Part shown: one piece after another, positions 43,015-53,229 of the stretch | How positions within the stretch are numbered: position 1 is the stretch's first letter | Layout: each line of letters starts with the position of its first letter | Assembly (NCBI GenBank): GCA_963719035.1 | Contig: CAVRAO010000002.1 | Location: 32,001-96,000, forward strand | Direction of reading: 5' to 3' | DNA from: Methanobacteriota archaeon | GTDB taxonomy: Archaea > Halobacteriota > Bog-38 > Methanoflorentales > Methanoflorentaceae | DNA length: 64,000 bases | Translations under genes and position numbers: made by a program | Notes under the pieces: generated by a model | What the model saw: the letters and a program-made list of their open reading frames with translations, nothing else | The model's database searches: none | Told to the model about the DNA's origin: nothing

Positions 43015-44289
43015 TTGTATAGATCATATGCTGAGATGCCAAAAATCGAGCTCCCAGGCGATATAGACGTTAAGATTAGCGACAGCACATTAAGAGACGG
43101 GGCACAAATGCCCGGAATCGTGCTTAAGAAAGCGCAAAAGCTTAGGATATTTGAATTATTGCACGATATGGGTATAGAAAAGCTGGAGTGCTTCCTCTTC
43201 AACGAGCGTGATCGCGTGTTAGCCCGCGAAATGCTTGGCTGTGGTTATGAACTCCCTGAGGTTACCGGGTGGGCGCGCGCTAACACGGAAGACATCGACA
43301 TGAGCATCAGTATGGAAGGCATAAATGAGGTGGGCATCCTCATGTCTATATCGGATACGCATATTTTCGACAAACTTGGCTTCGTAGATCGAGAACAGGC
43401 GCGCGACAAGTATACTGAAGCCCTTCAATATGCAGTGGATCATGGGCTGAAGGTTCGATGCCATCTTGAAGATATTACGCGAGCAGATATCCCCAACTTC
43501 GTTATCCCCTTGGTGAAGGATTTACTAAGCATTGCCCCTGATGCGATTTTCAGAATCTGTGATACTCTGAATTATGGCTTGCCGTTCGAAGAGACCCCAT
43601 TGCCGTACAGTATACCCAAGATCGTGCGTAACTTTAAAGAGATTGGTGCGGCGAATCTCGAAATGCACGTTCACGATGATTTTGGGCTCGGCGTGGCTAA
43701 CACTTTAGCAGGATACTGGCACGGAGCGAATTGGTCAAGCTTGACCTTCATGGGTGTAGGAGAGCGGGCAGGAAATACCGAGCTTGAAAAGATTTTAACC
43801 TTCCTTTTCTGCCGAGTCAAAGGGTTTGAAAGGTATAACCCCCGACCAGTAACAGAGCTTACACGCTATTTAGAACATGAGCTTGCTTTTAGACTACCAA
43901 GGAACAAGGCCATCGTCGGTGAAAATATTTTCGCTCACGAGAGTGGCATACATACCGACGGCGTCTTGAAGAACCCTTTTACGTACGAGCCATTTCCTCC
44001 TGAGGTTGTAGGTGCAAAACGAGTTCTGCTTATTGGAGACTCGTCTGGGAGGGAAGTGGTCCGCCACAAGATGCAGGAAGTGTTGAACGAGCTTTTGGGC
44101 GTTGAAGTAAGCTTAAGGAAAAACGACCGCCGGATCAAGATGATCTGCAACGACATACATAAGCTCTACGACGAAGAGGCCCGCAATTCAAGCGTTTCAG
44201 ATGATGAGTTGAAGGAATACGCCATCAAGTACTTCCTGACTAGCGAGGAAGTGTTCCCACCCTGGATTGTTCACACGCGTTATGAATAA
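43015..44289 (+). CDS. DRE-TIM synthase, Re-citrate-synthase-like
   Basis: DSTLRDGAQ, RCHLEDITRAD, RICDT, HVHDDFG, GERAGN; no regulatory domain; TTG start after GGAGG. Confidence 0.75.
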   Translation: MYRSYAEMPKIELPGDIDVKISDSTLRDGAQMPGIVLKKAQKLRIFELLHDMGIEKLECFLFNERDRVLAREMLGCGYELPEVTGWARANTEDIDMSISMEGINEVGILMSISDTHIFDKLGFVDREQARDKYTEALQYAVDHGLKVRCHLEDITRADIPNFVIPLVKDLLSIAPDAIFRICDTLNYGLPFEETPLPYSIPKIVRNFKEIGAANLEMHVHDDFGLGVANTLAGYWHGANWSSLTFMGVGERAGNTELEKILTFLFCRVKGFERYNPRPVTELTRYLEHELAFRLPRNKAIVGENIFAHESGIHTDGVLKNPFTYEPFPPEVVGAKRVLLIGDSSGREVVRHKMQEVLNELLGVEVSLRKNDRRIKMICNDIHKLYDEEARNSSVSDDELKEYAIKYFLTSEEVFPPWIVHTRYE

Positions 44290-44296
44290 TTAGCTC

Positions 44297-44596
44297 GTGG
44301 AGGCAGGAATTACGAAGGAATGTCGCTTTCGCCGGCGCGATAACATCTCGCTCGGCGGTGGAAACCTCGAGTACCATTCGTGTTCCCTTGCCGGCGAGGG
44401 CATTATGATTCACCAAGCACAGTGCGATGAGTGCGGGATTGAGCAGCTATTGCGGAGTTTTGACTGTCGTCACATGCGACCACAGAAGCGGTTCACAAGC
44501 GGAGGAGAGTCGAAGGAGTGTGTGAGCTGCGCCGTGAAGGGTAGCGTATTAGATAAAAGGCGCAGCACATGCGTAGCGTGTCCAGAGAAAGAGTAG
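44297..44596 (+). CDS. Small Cys-rich hypothetical protein
   Basis: 99 aa, 9 Cys including three CxxC; starts 7 nt after the synthase stop. Confidence 0.6.
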   Translation: MEAGITKECRFRRRDNISLGGGNLEYHSCSLAGEGIMIHQAQCDECGIEQLLRSFDCRHMRPQKRFTSGGESKECVSCAVKGSVLDKRRSTCVACPEKE

Positions 44597-44614
44597 CTAC
44601 GTTTCTGCCTACAA

Positions 44615-45652
44615 TTATCTCCTTTTCACGTAGCTTTCGACCTTGTCGATAATGCAGTCAACAACTTGGCTTGTACGAAGGCCACCTCCAAGGTCGTACG
44701 TTGTCTTGCCTTCGGCAATTACCTCTTGTAGGGCTTCGAAGATCATAGTTGACTCTTGCGAGCTGCCTAAATAATCGAGCATCCAAGCTCCAGCGAGCAC
44801 AGAGGCAGTGGGATTTACTTTATCAAGGTTCCGGTACTTTGGAGCAGATCCGTGAGCGGGTTCAAACATCGCATAGTTGTCGCCAAAATTAGCCGAATAG
44901 ATCATGCCAATACTGCCTACTAACGCCGCGCATTCTTCGCTAATAATGTCCATAAAGAGGTTGGTCGAAAGCAATATCGACTTGTTGAATATTTGTGGGT
45001 TTTTCACAAGTTGTTGTGCCACGTTGTCTACGTGATATTCCCACAGGTCGATACTCGGATAGTCACTCTTTGTCTCTCGAACAGCTTGGAGAAAAGCGCC
45101 GTCCGTCTGTTTCAGTATGTTACTTTTGTGGATCGCGACAACGGTTTTCCAATTTCGCTTTTTTGTCTCTTTAAAAGCAAATTTGGCGATTTTTCGGCTC
45201 GCCGATTTCGTGATTTTTCGCAGAGCGACAAACATATCGGCTGAGAGTTGTACTTCACTGCCTGCGTACATACCTTCAGTCGCTTCACGCACACATACAA
45301 AGTCTACGTCACCAAGAGGACGGGGTGTGTTGGTAAACGTCTTTATTGGACGAACGTTTGCGTAGAGATCCATCTCTTGTCTAATAGTGACCGCTACACT
45401 GCGCGGGGAGCCCGGCCCTCCCGGAGTTGTAGTCGGCCCTTTGAAACAGGCTTGAGTTGAATTAATCACGTCTCGAGTCTCATCGGGAATCAATGAGTCC
45501 CCTGCGTGAGATTCGTACCAGTCGCTTCCGGCTTGACATAGGATCATGTTTACTGGCGCTCCTGTAGCAGTCATGACACGCATCGTTGCCTTGACTAACT
45601 CAGGTCCGACCCCATCTCCCAGAATTACAGCTACATCTTGCATTAACCTCAC
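44615..45652 (-). CDS. Isocitrate/isopropylmalate-family beta-decarboxylating dehydrogenase
   Basis: GDGVGPE, KGPTTTP, LYANVRP, HKSNIL, FEPAHGSAP. Confidence 0.9.
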   Translation of the reverse strand: MRLMQDVAVILGDGVGPELVKATMRVMTATGAPVNMILCQAGSDWYESHAGDSLIPDETRDVINSTQACFKGPTTTPGGPGSPRSVAVTIRQEMDLYANVRPIKTFTNTPRPLGDVDFVCVREATEGMYAGSEVQLSADMFVALRKITKSASRKIAKFAFKETKKRNWKTVVAIHKSNILKQTDGAFLQAVRETKSDYPSIDLWEYHVDNVAQQLVKNPQIFNKSILLSTNLFMDIISEECAALVGSIGMIYSANFGDNYAMFEPAHGSAPKYRNLDKVNPTASVLAGAWMLDYLGSSQESTMIFEALQEVIAEGKTTYDLGGGLRTSQVVDCIIDKVESYVKRR

Positions 45653-45687
45653 CCAATGGCGTTGTCGTTAAAAGGTCGTCGAGCTGA

Positions 45688-46200
45688 TCAGTCCGTATAT
45701 CCCCCACAGGCGTCTAAGTAGGGCATTAGTCCACCTTTCTCGAGCAATTCTTGCATAAACGTTGGAATTGGCTTGAAACGGAGTTCTATTTGTCGATACT
45801 CGTTGCGAATTACTCCCGCATCAAAATTCACTTCTAGGTCTTCTCCCGGGGCCACCTCTTTCGAGATGCCCGCACATTCTATAAGAGGAAGACCTATGTT
45901 GAAGCTATTTCGGTAGAATATCCGTGCAAAGGACTCTGCGATGATGCACGAGATACCACAAGCTTTGAGAACCTGTGGCGCCTGTTCTCTTGACGAACCG
46001 CACCCAAAGTTTGCCGCTGCAACGAGAATAGGATTTCTTAAACCTTGGCAATCCTCATAAAAGTGCGAATCGATTGATTCAAAAGTATGTTTAGCAAGCT
46101 TGTTCAAATCGAGCTCATCATACTTGTACTTCCCTGAAATAATTTCATCCGTGTTGGTATCGCTAGGGAATACTCTGACAACCTCTCCTTTAATGTTCAT
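45688..46200 (-). CDS. LeuD/AksE-type hydratase small subunit
   Basis: [26 protein letters not shown]. Confidence 0.9.
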   Translation of the reverse strand: MNIKGEVVRVFPSDTNTDEIISGKYKYDELDLNKLAKHTFESIDSHFYEDCQGLRNPILVAAANFGCGSSREQAPQVLKACGISCIIAESFARIFYRNSFNIGLPLIECAGISKEVAPGEDLEVNFDAGVIRNEYRQIELRFKPIPTFMQELLEKGGLMPYLDACGGYTD

Positions 46201-46223
46201 AGCTCTATCCTTTCTTATGTGTT

Positions 46224-47465
46224 CTAGCCATCGCGATTTCGTGGATCTGTGATACTTCCCTCGATGGCGCTTGCTGCTGCCGTTGATGGACTCGAAAGGT
46301 AAATAAATGACTTGTCGTTGCCCATCCTGCCCTTAAAGTTCCTATTTTGAGTAGAGAGGGCGACTTCATCGTCTCCTAAAGCAACTGTCCTCCCGATGCA
46401 AAAACCACACCCTGGCGGGCCAATAGAGGCACCTGCCTTTAGGAATGTCTCTATGATGCCTTCTTTTAGTGCCTCGAGAAGGACTCCGCGGCTTGCTGGA
46501 TACACCACTAGTCGAGCTCTGCTTCGATGGCCTTTCAAAATGCGTGCCGCGTCTCGAAGATCTTCAATTCGCCCGTTCGTGCACGAACCAATGCATACTT
46601 GATCAAGCTCTGTGCCTTCAAGCTCTGTTACTGGCACGACGTTATCGACCCTATGAGGTTTAGCAATCATAGGAACGACGGTATCGGCGCTTATGTGAAC
46701 CTGTTTGGCATACACAGCGCCCTCATCAGGGTACAACGGTTTGAAATCATTACTTCGGCCGTAGCGCGTCAAATACGCTTTTACTTTTTCATCTGCAGCG
46801 CAGAGACCGACTTTAGCACCGGCTTCGATGGACATGTTAGAGAGTGTAGCGCGCGATTCGACACTCATCGCCTCAACCGTTTCGCCGCAGAATTCGAGCG
46901 CTTTGTATGTAGCCCCATCTGCCGTTATTCGCGACACAAGCTCTAAGAAGACGTCTTTTGAGTGAACGTTTTGAGGGAGTTCTCCGGAGACTTCCACCTT
47001 AACAGTCTCTGGGACCTTTAACCACGTTTTTCCGTATGCCATAACAGCGGCCACGTCGGTCGACCCCATACCGGTGGCAAAAGCACCAAGTGCTCCATGG
47101 GTGCACGTGTGGCTATCGCCCCCAACTATTACTTGGTAGGGCGATGCATACCTCTCGAGAACAATTTGATGACAGATCCCGTCTCCGTTTTCATAGAAAT
47201 CCATGCCGTAACGGCGGGCAAACTGTCGCATAAAAGCTTGAACGTTTGACACTTTTTCAGAAGGTGAGGGTGAAGCATGATCACAGAAAGCAACCACCTT
47301 CTTCGGATGCTTGACTATATGGTCGCCAAGTTGCTGAATCGCGAGTGGCAGCGTGCCGTCATGAGCGAAAACTAAATCGACCGGCACGGCTACTATCTCC
47401 CCACTTTCAGCATCCACCCCACTTCGGTTTGATAGTATTCTCTCAGAAATCGTTTTCAATGGCAC
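46224..47465 (-). CDS. LeuC/AksD-type hydratase large subunit
   Basis: [35 protein letters not shown]. Confidence 0.92.
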   Translation of the reverse strand: MPLKTISERILSNRSGVDAESGEIVAVPVDLVFAHDGTLPLAIQQLGDHIVKHPKKVVAFCDHASPSPSEKVSNVQAFMRQFARRYGMDFYENGDGICHQIVLERYASPYQVIVGGDSHTCTHGALGAFATGMGSTDVAAVMAYGKTWLKVPETVKVEVSGELPQNVHSKDVFLELVSRITADGATYKALEFCGETVEAMSVESRATLSNMSIEAGAKVGLCAADEKVKAYLTRYGRSNDFKPLYPDEGAVYAKQVHISADTVVPMIAKPHRVDNVVPVTELEGTELDQVCIGSCTNGRIEDLRDAARILKGHRSRARLVVYPASRGVLLEALKEGIIETFLKAGASIGPPGCGFCIGRTVALGDDEVALSTQNRNFKGRMGNDKSFIYLSSPSTAAASAIEGSITDPRNRDG

Positions 47466-47590
47466 TCCCTCAGAAAATTAACCCTAAGTATTGCTTAATA
47501 CGAACTTTATAGCTTAAAATCATCGCGTAGCGACTATTATTCTTAATATAAATACGCTTAGTTAGCGTTTATCTCTTCCGGTGAGCGCCT

Positions 47591-48284
47591 CTAACGATTG
47601 CCTCCACTCACACGCGCCGGCCGCTTGGCTCGCCTCGATCGTAATACGTACACGAGAATAACGACTGCTAAGACGAGAAATACCGCAACCACAATGTTGT
47701 AGTAGGAAGCAGCAATGTCGTGCCAGTTAGCACCTAGATAGAACCCCGCAAAAGCCAATGCAGCGTTCCACGGCAATGAGCCTAAAAAAGTGTAAGTAGA
47801 GAACTTCTTTAGATCCATTCTACAGATTCCCGCGGGGATAGACGAGTAAGCCCGTACGCCGGGAATCATTCTGCTTAAAAAAAACGAAAATCTCTCCATA
47901 TTTTTCAAACCATTCATTTGCGAGGTGCAGTTCACGTTCAGTAATTCCCACATACTTCCCGTAGCGTTCAAAAAAATAATTACCGCCAAAAAAAGCAATG
48001 AAATACGTAATGAGCGAGCCAACGAGACACGCGAAAGTACCAACAATAACCACTATCCAAAAGTCAAAGCGCCCTAAATAGGCTAGATAGCCCGCGTAGG
48101 GCAATATTATCTCGCTCGGCAGCGGAATACCAATGCTCTCTATAACCATTCCTATGAAAATGCCAGCATACCCGTATGTGTCGATTACACCGAGGATAAA
48201 AGTTGAAACCTCTAGTAGCCAATTGTACAGCTGATCGAGGAAGGATTGCGCAATTAATGATTGTATTAGGTGCAGGTTATACAT
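47591..48284 (-). CDS. DedA/SNARE-associated membrane protein; frameshift in the A8 run at 47877-47884
   Basis: ESIGIPLPSE in one frame and RMIPGVRAYSSIPAG in the next. Confidence 0.85.
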
Positions 48285-48584
48285 GTGTTCTCGAGTACTG
48301 GTGCTTTTGAAAGCTCATAGCCAAAAAACTCTCTGACTTGCTTTCTTTTTTTGCAACATAAAAAAAAACGTGAATTGGGGCAAAAATTGAGCCCAACTTA
48401 ATTTGGTCCGCTTTGATGAATGACTAAGTTTGTTTCACCTGCGCAACGCTCGAGGAGTAAAAGAGCTTTTCGATTTCATCTCATTCTCCTCAGCTACTGT
48501 GATAGACGATAGAGAGCAAGAAACGTGCGATGAAGCTATGCAAGAGCCCCTCCATGTAGAGAATTTGTGAATTGGGGCAAATTA

Positions 48585-49862
48585 TCACAAACTGTGTGAT
48601 CGTTTGAGGAAGTAAAGCGCAATAGGGATGCCGAGAACTACCCCAAGAATTCGCGATATCGTCGTCGAATATGCAGCCCCTAAGGCACCTAAAGTTGGGA
48701 TCAAGATCCAATTCAAACCAATATTTGCCCCAGCCATATAAGTCGCGTTTAGCACGTGTACCTTTTGATTGTCAGTTGCATCCAACAGCAGAGACGTTGG
48801 GATAGTCAGCAGATTGATGGCAAATCCTATTATAAGAACGTTGATAAAAACGATAGAATCTGCGAAGTTGGGACCGAAGGCGAAAATCATTACCTGGCCC
48901 CCGAACGCATACGTTATTCCAACTGCGACGAGCCCGGCTACGGCAAAGTAGCCAAGGTATTTGAAATATTCTTTTTTGGAAATCTTTCTCTCATGCACTG
49001 CTTTACAGATTATTGGAAAAAATGCACTTGTCAATGCAACGACGGCCATATCACCAATACCTATATAACTTACTGCAGGCGTGTAAAGTCCGACCTGCGT
49101 CATGGTCGACAACAGTGAGATCAGGATGGTATCTACGTGCTGCCATATCATCCCAAGCATTCCTGCAAGTCCGAACCACATAGCGGGTATTAGTATTGCA
49201 CGGTCGAATATTGGCCTGAAGTTCAGCTTATAGTCGTCAATTCGCCGGCTGAGTATGAAATTCAGCATCAAGCTGGCAAAGGCAGCGATAATGATCGCAA
49301 GTATGACACCAGGCACGCCAAGTCCTGCAATCAGAAAGACGAACGCCAACGTGGCAAAAGTGATTCGCTCGGCAATCTGAATGATCGAGATATACTTCAT
49401 GTCCTGGTAAATGCAGAATACCGCGCTGAACAAGCTGCCTATGCCGCCCATTACGAGCGTGACCGACATTAAGACGATCAGCACTTTGACCTCGAGTGAA
49501 TACGGCGTGAGGAGAGCGAATACGATTACGACAAACATCGTCGCAAGGGACATGAGAAGCTTAAGGCCCATCGAGCTAAAAATGAGCTTATGGGTATCTT
49601 CGGGCTTTTTGGCCCCTTCACGAATTATGACCGTGTTGATTCCGAAATCAGTAAAAATGCCGAACAAAGAGACGAACGAGATCACCGTGATATAGGATCC
49701 AAAGTCTGAGATCGGGAGTGTGCGAGCGATGTAGATGGTGATAACAAACGAGATTACGGCCGAGATCGCATTTCCACTAAACAAAAACCCCGTGTTCGTA
49801 AGACCACGTGCAAGTGATCCAAGTTTTTGCTTGCTCTTACCTTCGCACTTGGTTTGTGTCAT
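48585..49862 (-). CDS. Wzx/MOP flippase, copy 1
   Basis: ARTL..SDFG, DFGINT.IIRE, VGLY; ~12 hydrophobic segments. Confidence 0.9.
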   Translation of the reverse strand: MTQTKCEGKSKQKLGSLARGLTNTGFLFSGNAISAVISFVITIYIARTLPISDFGSYITVISFVSLFGIFTDFGINTVIIREGAKKPEDTHKLIFSSMGLKLLMSLATMFVVIVFALLTPYSLEVKVLIVLMSVTLVMGGIGSLFSAVFCIYQDMKYISIIQIAERITFATLAFVFLIAGLGVPGVILAIIIAAFASLMLNFILSRRIDDYKLNFRPIFDRAILIPAMWFGLAGMLGMIWQHVDTILISLLSTMTQVGLYTPAVSYIGIGDMAVVALTSAFFPIICKAVHERKISKKEYFKYLGYFAVAGLVAVGITYAFGGQVMIFAFGPNFADSIVFINVLIIGFAINLLTIPTSLLLDATDNQKVHVLNATYMAGANIGLNWILIPTLGALGAAYSTTISRILGVVLGIPIALYFLKRSHSL

Positions 49863-49934
49863 CTTATCGGTGCTCACGTCCTTTAGCCGTATTGACAAAA
49901 AGTAGCAAAAATAGTCAAGCTCGGCCGGCTTATG

Positions 49935-50066
49935 TCAACTAACGTCTGCAATGCTCCCATAAATCCCCTCAAGTCGGTCGACAACAGCACTCCACGTGAA
50001 CTCATTGATGACTTTAGCCCTACCTCGGACACTTCTTTCACGTTCTAGTTCTTCATTGTCGAGAAT
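49935..50066 (-). pseudogene. Duplicated 3' fragment of the GT4 gene at 51752..52963
   Basis: ILDNEELERERSVRGRAKVINEFTWSAVVDRLEGIYGSI(A/V)DVS* is near-identical to the GT4 C-terminus. Confidence 0.85.
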
Positions 50067-50396
50067 TTGTGTCACGTAGAGGTCACTCACGTTTCCTCGA
50101 GCACTTATATCCTTGAATGCTCCTCTCAAAAAACCTCTTTGTCTTTGCTTTCTTTTTTAACTATACGAATGAACGCTAAATTTAGCTCAAGAGGGATCCC
50201 CAGTTTGAGTTGGCCTGCGTTTGTCTAAGGATGACTAATCGTTTTTACGTGCGCAACGCTAGAGGAGAAAAAGAGCTTTTCGATTTCATTTCGTTCTTCT
50301 CTGTTACCTGTGGTAGACGATAGAGAGCAAGAAACGCGCAATACAAAAAAGCAAGAGATGCCTTTGAACAGAGTTTGCTTATACGGAGTAAAAATG

Positions 50397-51680
50397 TCAC
50401 AAACGGTGCGCCCGCTTGAGGAAGTAAAGCGCAATAGGGATGCCGAGAACTGCCCCTAGACTTTGCGATATCGTCGTCGCATACGCAGCCCCCAAGGCAC
50501 CTATAGTTGGGATCAGGATCCAATTCAAACCAATATTTACCCCTGTGAGATAGGTCGCGTTTAGCACGTGCACTTTTTGAAGGTTAGTTGCATCCAACAG
50601 CAGAGAGGTTGGGATGGTGACCAAATTCACAGCAAATCCTATGATAAGGATGTTGATGAAAACGATAGAATCTGCGAAGTTGGGACCGAAGAAAAAAACC
50701 ATCACCTGGCCCCCGAACGCATACGTTATTCCAACTGCGACGAGCCCGGCTACGGCAAAGTAGCCAAAGTACTTAGACAACTCTTTTCTGGAAATCTTTC
50801 TCTCATGCGCTGCTTTTGAGATTATGGGAAAAAATGCCCCTGTCAGTGCAATGACTGCCATATCGCCTATGCCGACATAGTTTACTGCAGGTGTGTAAAG
50901 TCCGACCTGTGTCATGGCGGAATTCGACAAAAGTGAGATCATGATGGTGTCTATTCGTTGCCATATGAACCCAAGCATTCCTGCAAGTCCGAACCACATA
51001 GCCGGTATTAGTATTGCACGGTCGAATATTGGCCTGAAGTTCAGCTTATAGTCGTCAATTCGCCGGCTGAGTATGAAATTCAGCATCAAGCTGGCAAAGG
51101 CAGCGATAATGATCGCAAGTATGACACCAGGCACGCCAAGTCCTGCAATCAGAAAGACGAACGCCAACGTGGCAAAAGTGATTCGCTCGGCAATCTGAAT
51201 GATCGAGATATACTTCATGTCCTGGTAAATGTTGAATACCGCGCTGAACATGCTCCCGACGCCGCCCATTACGAGCGTGACCGACATTAAGACGATCAGC
51301 ACTTTGACCTCGAGTGAATACGGCGTGAGGAGAGCGAATACGATTACGACAAACATCGTCGCAAGGGACATGAGAAGCTTAAGGCCCATCGAGCTAAAAA
51401 TGAGCTTATGGGTATCTTCGGGCTTTTTGGCCCCTTCACGAATTATGACCGTGTTGATTCCGAAATCAGTAAAAATGCCGAACAAAGAGACGAACGAGAT
51501 CACCGTGATATAGGATCCAAAGTCTGAGATCGGGAGTGTGCGAGCGATGTAGATGGTGATAACAAACGAGATTACGGCCGAGATCGCATTTCCACTAAAC
51601 AAAAGTCCTGTATTTTTGATACCACGTGCTAGTGATTCACGTCTTAGCTTGCCTCTATTCTCTCCATTGGTTTGTGTCAT
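50397..51680 (-). CDS. Wzx/MOP flippase, copy 2
   Basis: Paralog of 48585..49862. Confidence 0.9.
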   Translation of the reverse strand: MTQTNGENRGKLRRESLARGIKNTGLLFSGNAISAVISFVITIYIARTLPISDFGSYITVISFVSLFGIFTDFGINTVIIREGAKKPEDTHKLIFSSMGLKLLMSLATMFVVIVFALLTPYSLEVKVLIVLMSVTLVMGGVGSMFSAVFNIYQDMKYISIIQIAERITFATLAFVFLIAGLGVPGVILAIIIAAFASLMLNFILSRRIDDYKLNFRPIFDRAILIPAMWFGLAGMLGFIWQRIDTIMISLLSNSAMTQVGLYTPAVNYVGIGDMAVIALTGAFFPIISKAAHERKISRKELSKYFGYFAVAGLVAVGITYAFGGQVMVFFFGPNFADSIVFINILIIGFAVNLVTIPTSLLLDATNLQKVHVLNATYLTGVNIGLNWILIPTIGALGAAYATTISQSLGAVLGIPIALYFLKRAHRL

Positions 51681-51751
51681 CTTATCGGTGCTCACGTCCT
51701 TTGGCGGATTGAAAAAAGTAAGCAAAGATAGGCAGGCGCGGCCGGCTTATG

Positions 51752-52963
51752 TCAACTAACGTCTACAATGCTCCCATAAATCCCCTCAAGTCGGTCGACA
51801 ACAGCACTCCACGTGAACTCATTGATGACTTTAGCCCTACCTCGGACACTTCTTTCACGTTCTAGTTCTTCATTGTCGAGAATATCGACGATATTTCCAG
51901 CAAGAGCTCGGATATCTCCGTACTTAAATATTCTGCCGATATCGCCGACGACGTTAGGAATCCCTCCGACGTCTGAAGCTACGATCGGGGTTCCACAAGC
52001 CATAGCTTCGAGCAGAACAATGCCAAAAGCCTCCCACTCACTTGGCAGTACGAAAACGTTAGCAGCAGCATATCCTGACTTAAAGAGCTCAAAACTCTCT
52101 ATGTGGCCCGTGAACACGAAATAGTCGTCTAGATTACTCGCCCATATCTTCTTTTTAAGCCTTTTCAGGACCCCCCAGTCTTCGCCAACGATGACGAATT
52201 TTGTGTTCGGGTGCTTATCGACGACCTCATAAGAAGCATCGATGAGATGTTCCAGTCCCTTGTTGTCTGCTAGTCTTCCAGTATAAAGGACTATCTTTTC
52301 GTCGTTACCTATCCTATATCTACTTCTGAAAGGCTTGCCGTCAGGAATCGGGGTCCAGTCTTCTATATCTAGTCCATTTGGAACGGTCACGCACTTTCCT
52401 AAAGGTGCGAATCTTTCAATGAATTGCCTTTCACTATCTGTTACAGCTAGTATTGCGTCTACTATTTTGTAAACTCGCCGGGAAATAAAAAGATCGTCGA
52501 CACCCATTAGAAATCGTGAGACCGCTGATTCCCGATTAGAAGGTGGGTGAAAGTGGGGTGTAACAACGAGTGGCATTTGGTATTGCCCGTTTCGACGTCC
52601 TCGCTTTAGTTTTGCAGCTGCGCAAGCGAAAATTTGGTAGTACCTGTGCGAATGGGCGTGGACTACATCAGCGTCGGTCTCGAAAATTCTTTTGATCAAG
52701 CCTGGGATTGTCGGGTAAGACGCATACGGGGCGGGGTATCTTTTCACGGGCAGGCGCACTACTCTTACGCCGTTAACGTAACTGTCTGGAGCGTAGTTCT
52801 GAAAGCATTGCCAGGGCACTTGTGTTTTGAGATTTGTCGTATAGACAGTTACGTCGTGACCACGTTGCACTAACCGTTCTGAAATCTTTTGAATATGTGT
52901 TTCCACGCCGCCTGGAGCGAGATATCTGATGCACACTTGCGCTATTTTCAACTTTGTCACCAA
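51752..52963 (-). CDS. GT4 family glycosyltransferase
   Basis: GGVETH, GRL..NKG, EAFGIVLLEAMACG. Confidence 0.92.
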   Translation of the reverse strand: MVTKLKIAQVCIRYLAPGGVETHIQKISERLVQRGHDVTVYTTNLKTQVPWQCFQNYAPDSYVNGVRVVRLPVKRYPAPYASYPTIPGLIKRIFETDADVVHAHSHRYYQIFACAAAKLKRGRRNGQYQMPLVVTPHFHPPSNRESAVSRFLMGVDDLFISRRVYKIVDAILAVTDSERQFIERFAPLGKCVTVPNGLDIEDWTPIPDGKPFRSRYRIGNDEKIVLYTGRLADNKGLEHLIDASYEVVDKHPNTKFVIVGEDWGVLKRLKKKIWASNLDDYFVFTGHIESFELFKSGYAAANVFVLPSEWEAFGIVLLEAMACGTPIVASDVGGIPNVVGDIGRIFKYGDIRALAGNIVDILDNEELERERSVRGRAKVINEFTWSAVVDRLEGIYGSIVDVS

Positions 52964-53229
52964 ATCTTCACTACTACTACGGTTAAGCGATTTTTGTGCT
53001 GACAGTCACTACGCTGCGCTGTATTTATTAGTAATATGACAGACAGATTATTGCTTACAACGCGTTTATCATAATTATCTAGGCAAAGTGGCGCAAACCC
53101 CCGGCAGTACGACCGTAATAAACACAAATTTCTTGCAAAAGGTGCACATATCAGTAACTAATTGCAGCACTGCAAACCCCAATATCGAGAAGCGCTTATG
53201 GTTCGAGATTGTAACGATATTATTGGCTT

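Larger units (their letters stand above)
48261..51882. repeat. Tandem duplication with a ~1.81 kb unit (~48261-50066 and ~50067-51882)
   Basis: Matching blocks at offset ~1817-1818, e.g. 49201 vs 51019 and 49931 vs 51748. Confidence 0.9.

Noticed and set aside
47870-47890. dedA frameshift as phase variation or programmed slippage
   Set aside because: It is one extra base in an A8 homopolymer, in a contig with other indels; sequencing error is the simpler explanation
49935-50129. 64-aa ORF as an independent gene
   Set aside because: It is a chimera of the duplicated GT 3' end and intergenic DNA across the duplication junction
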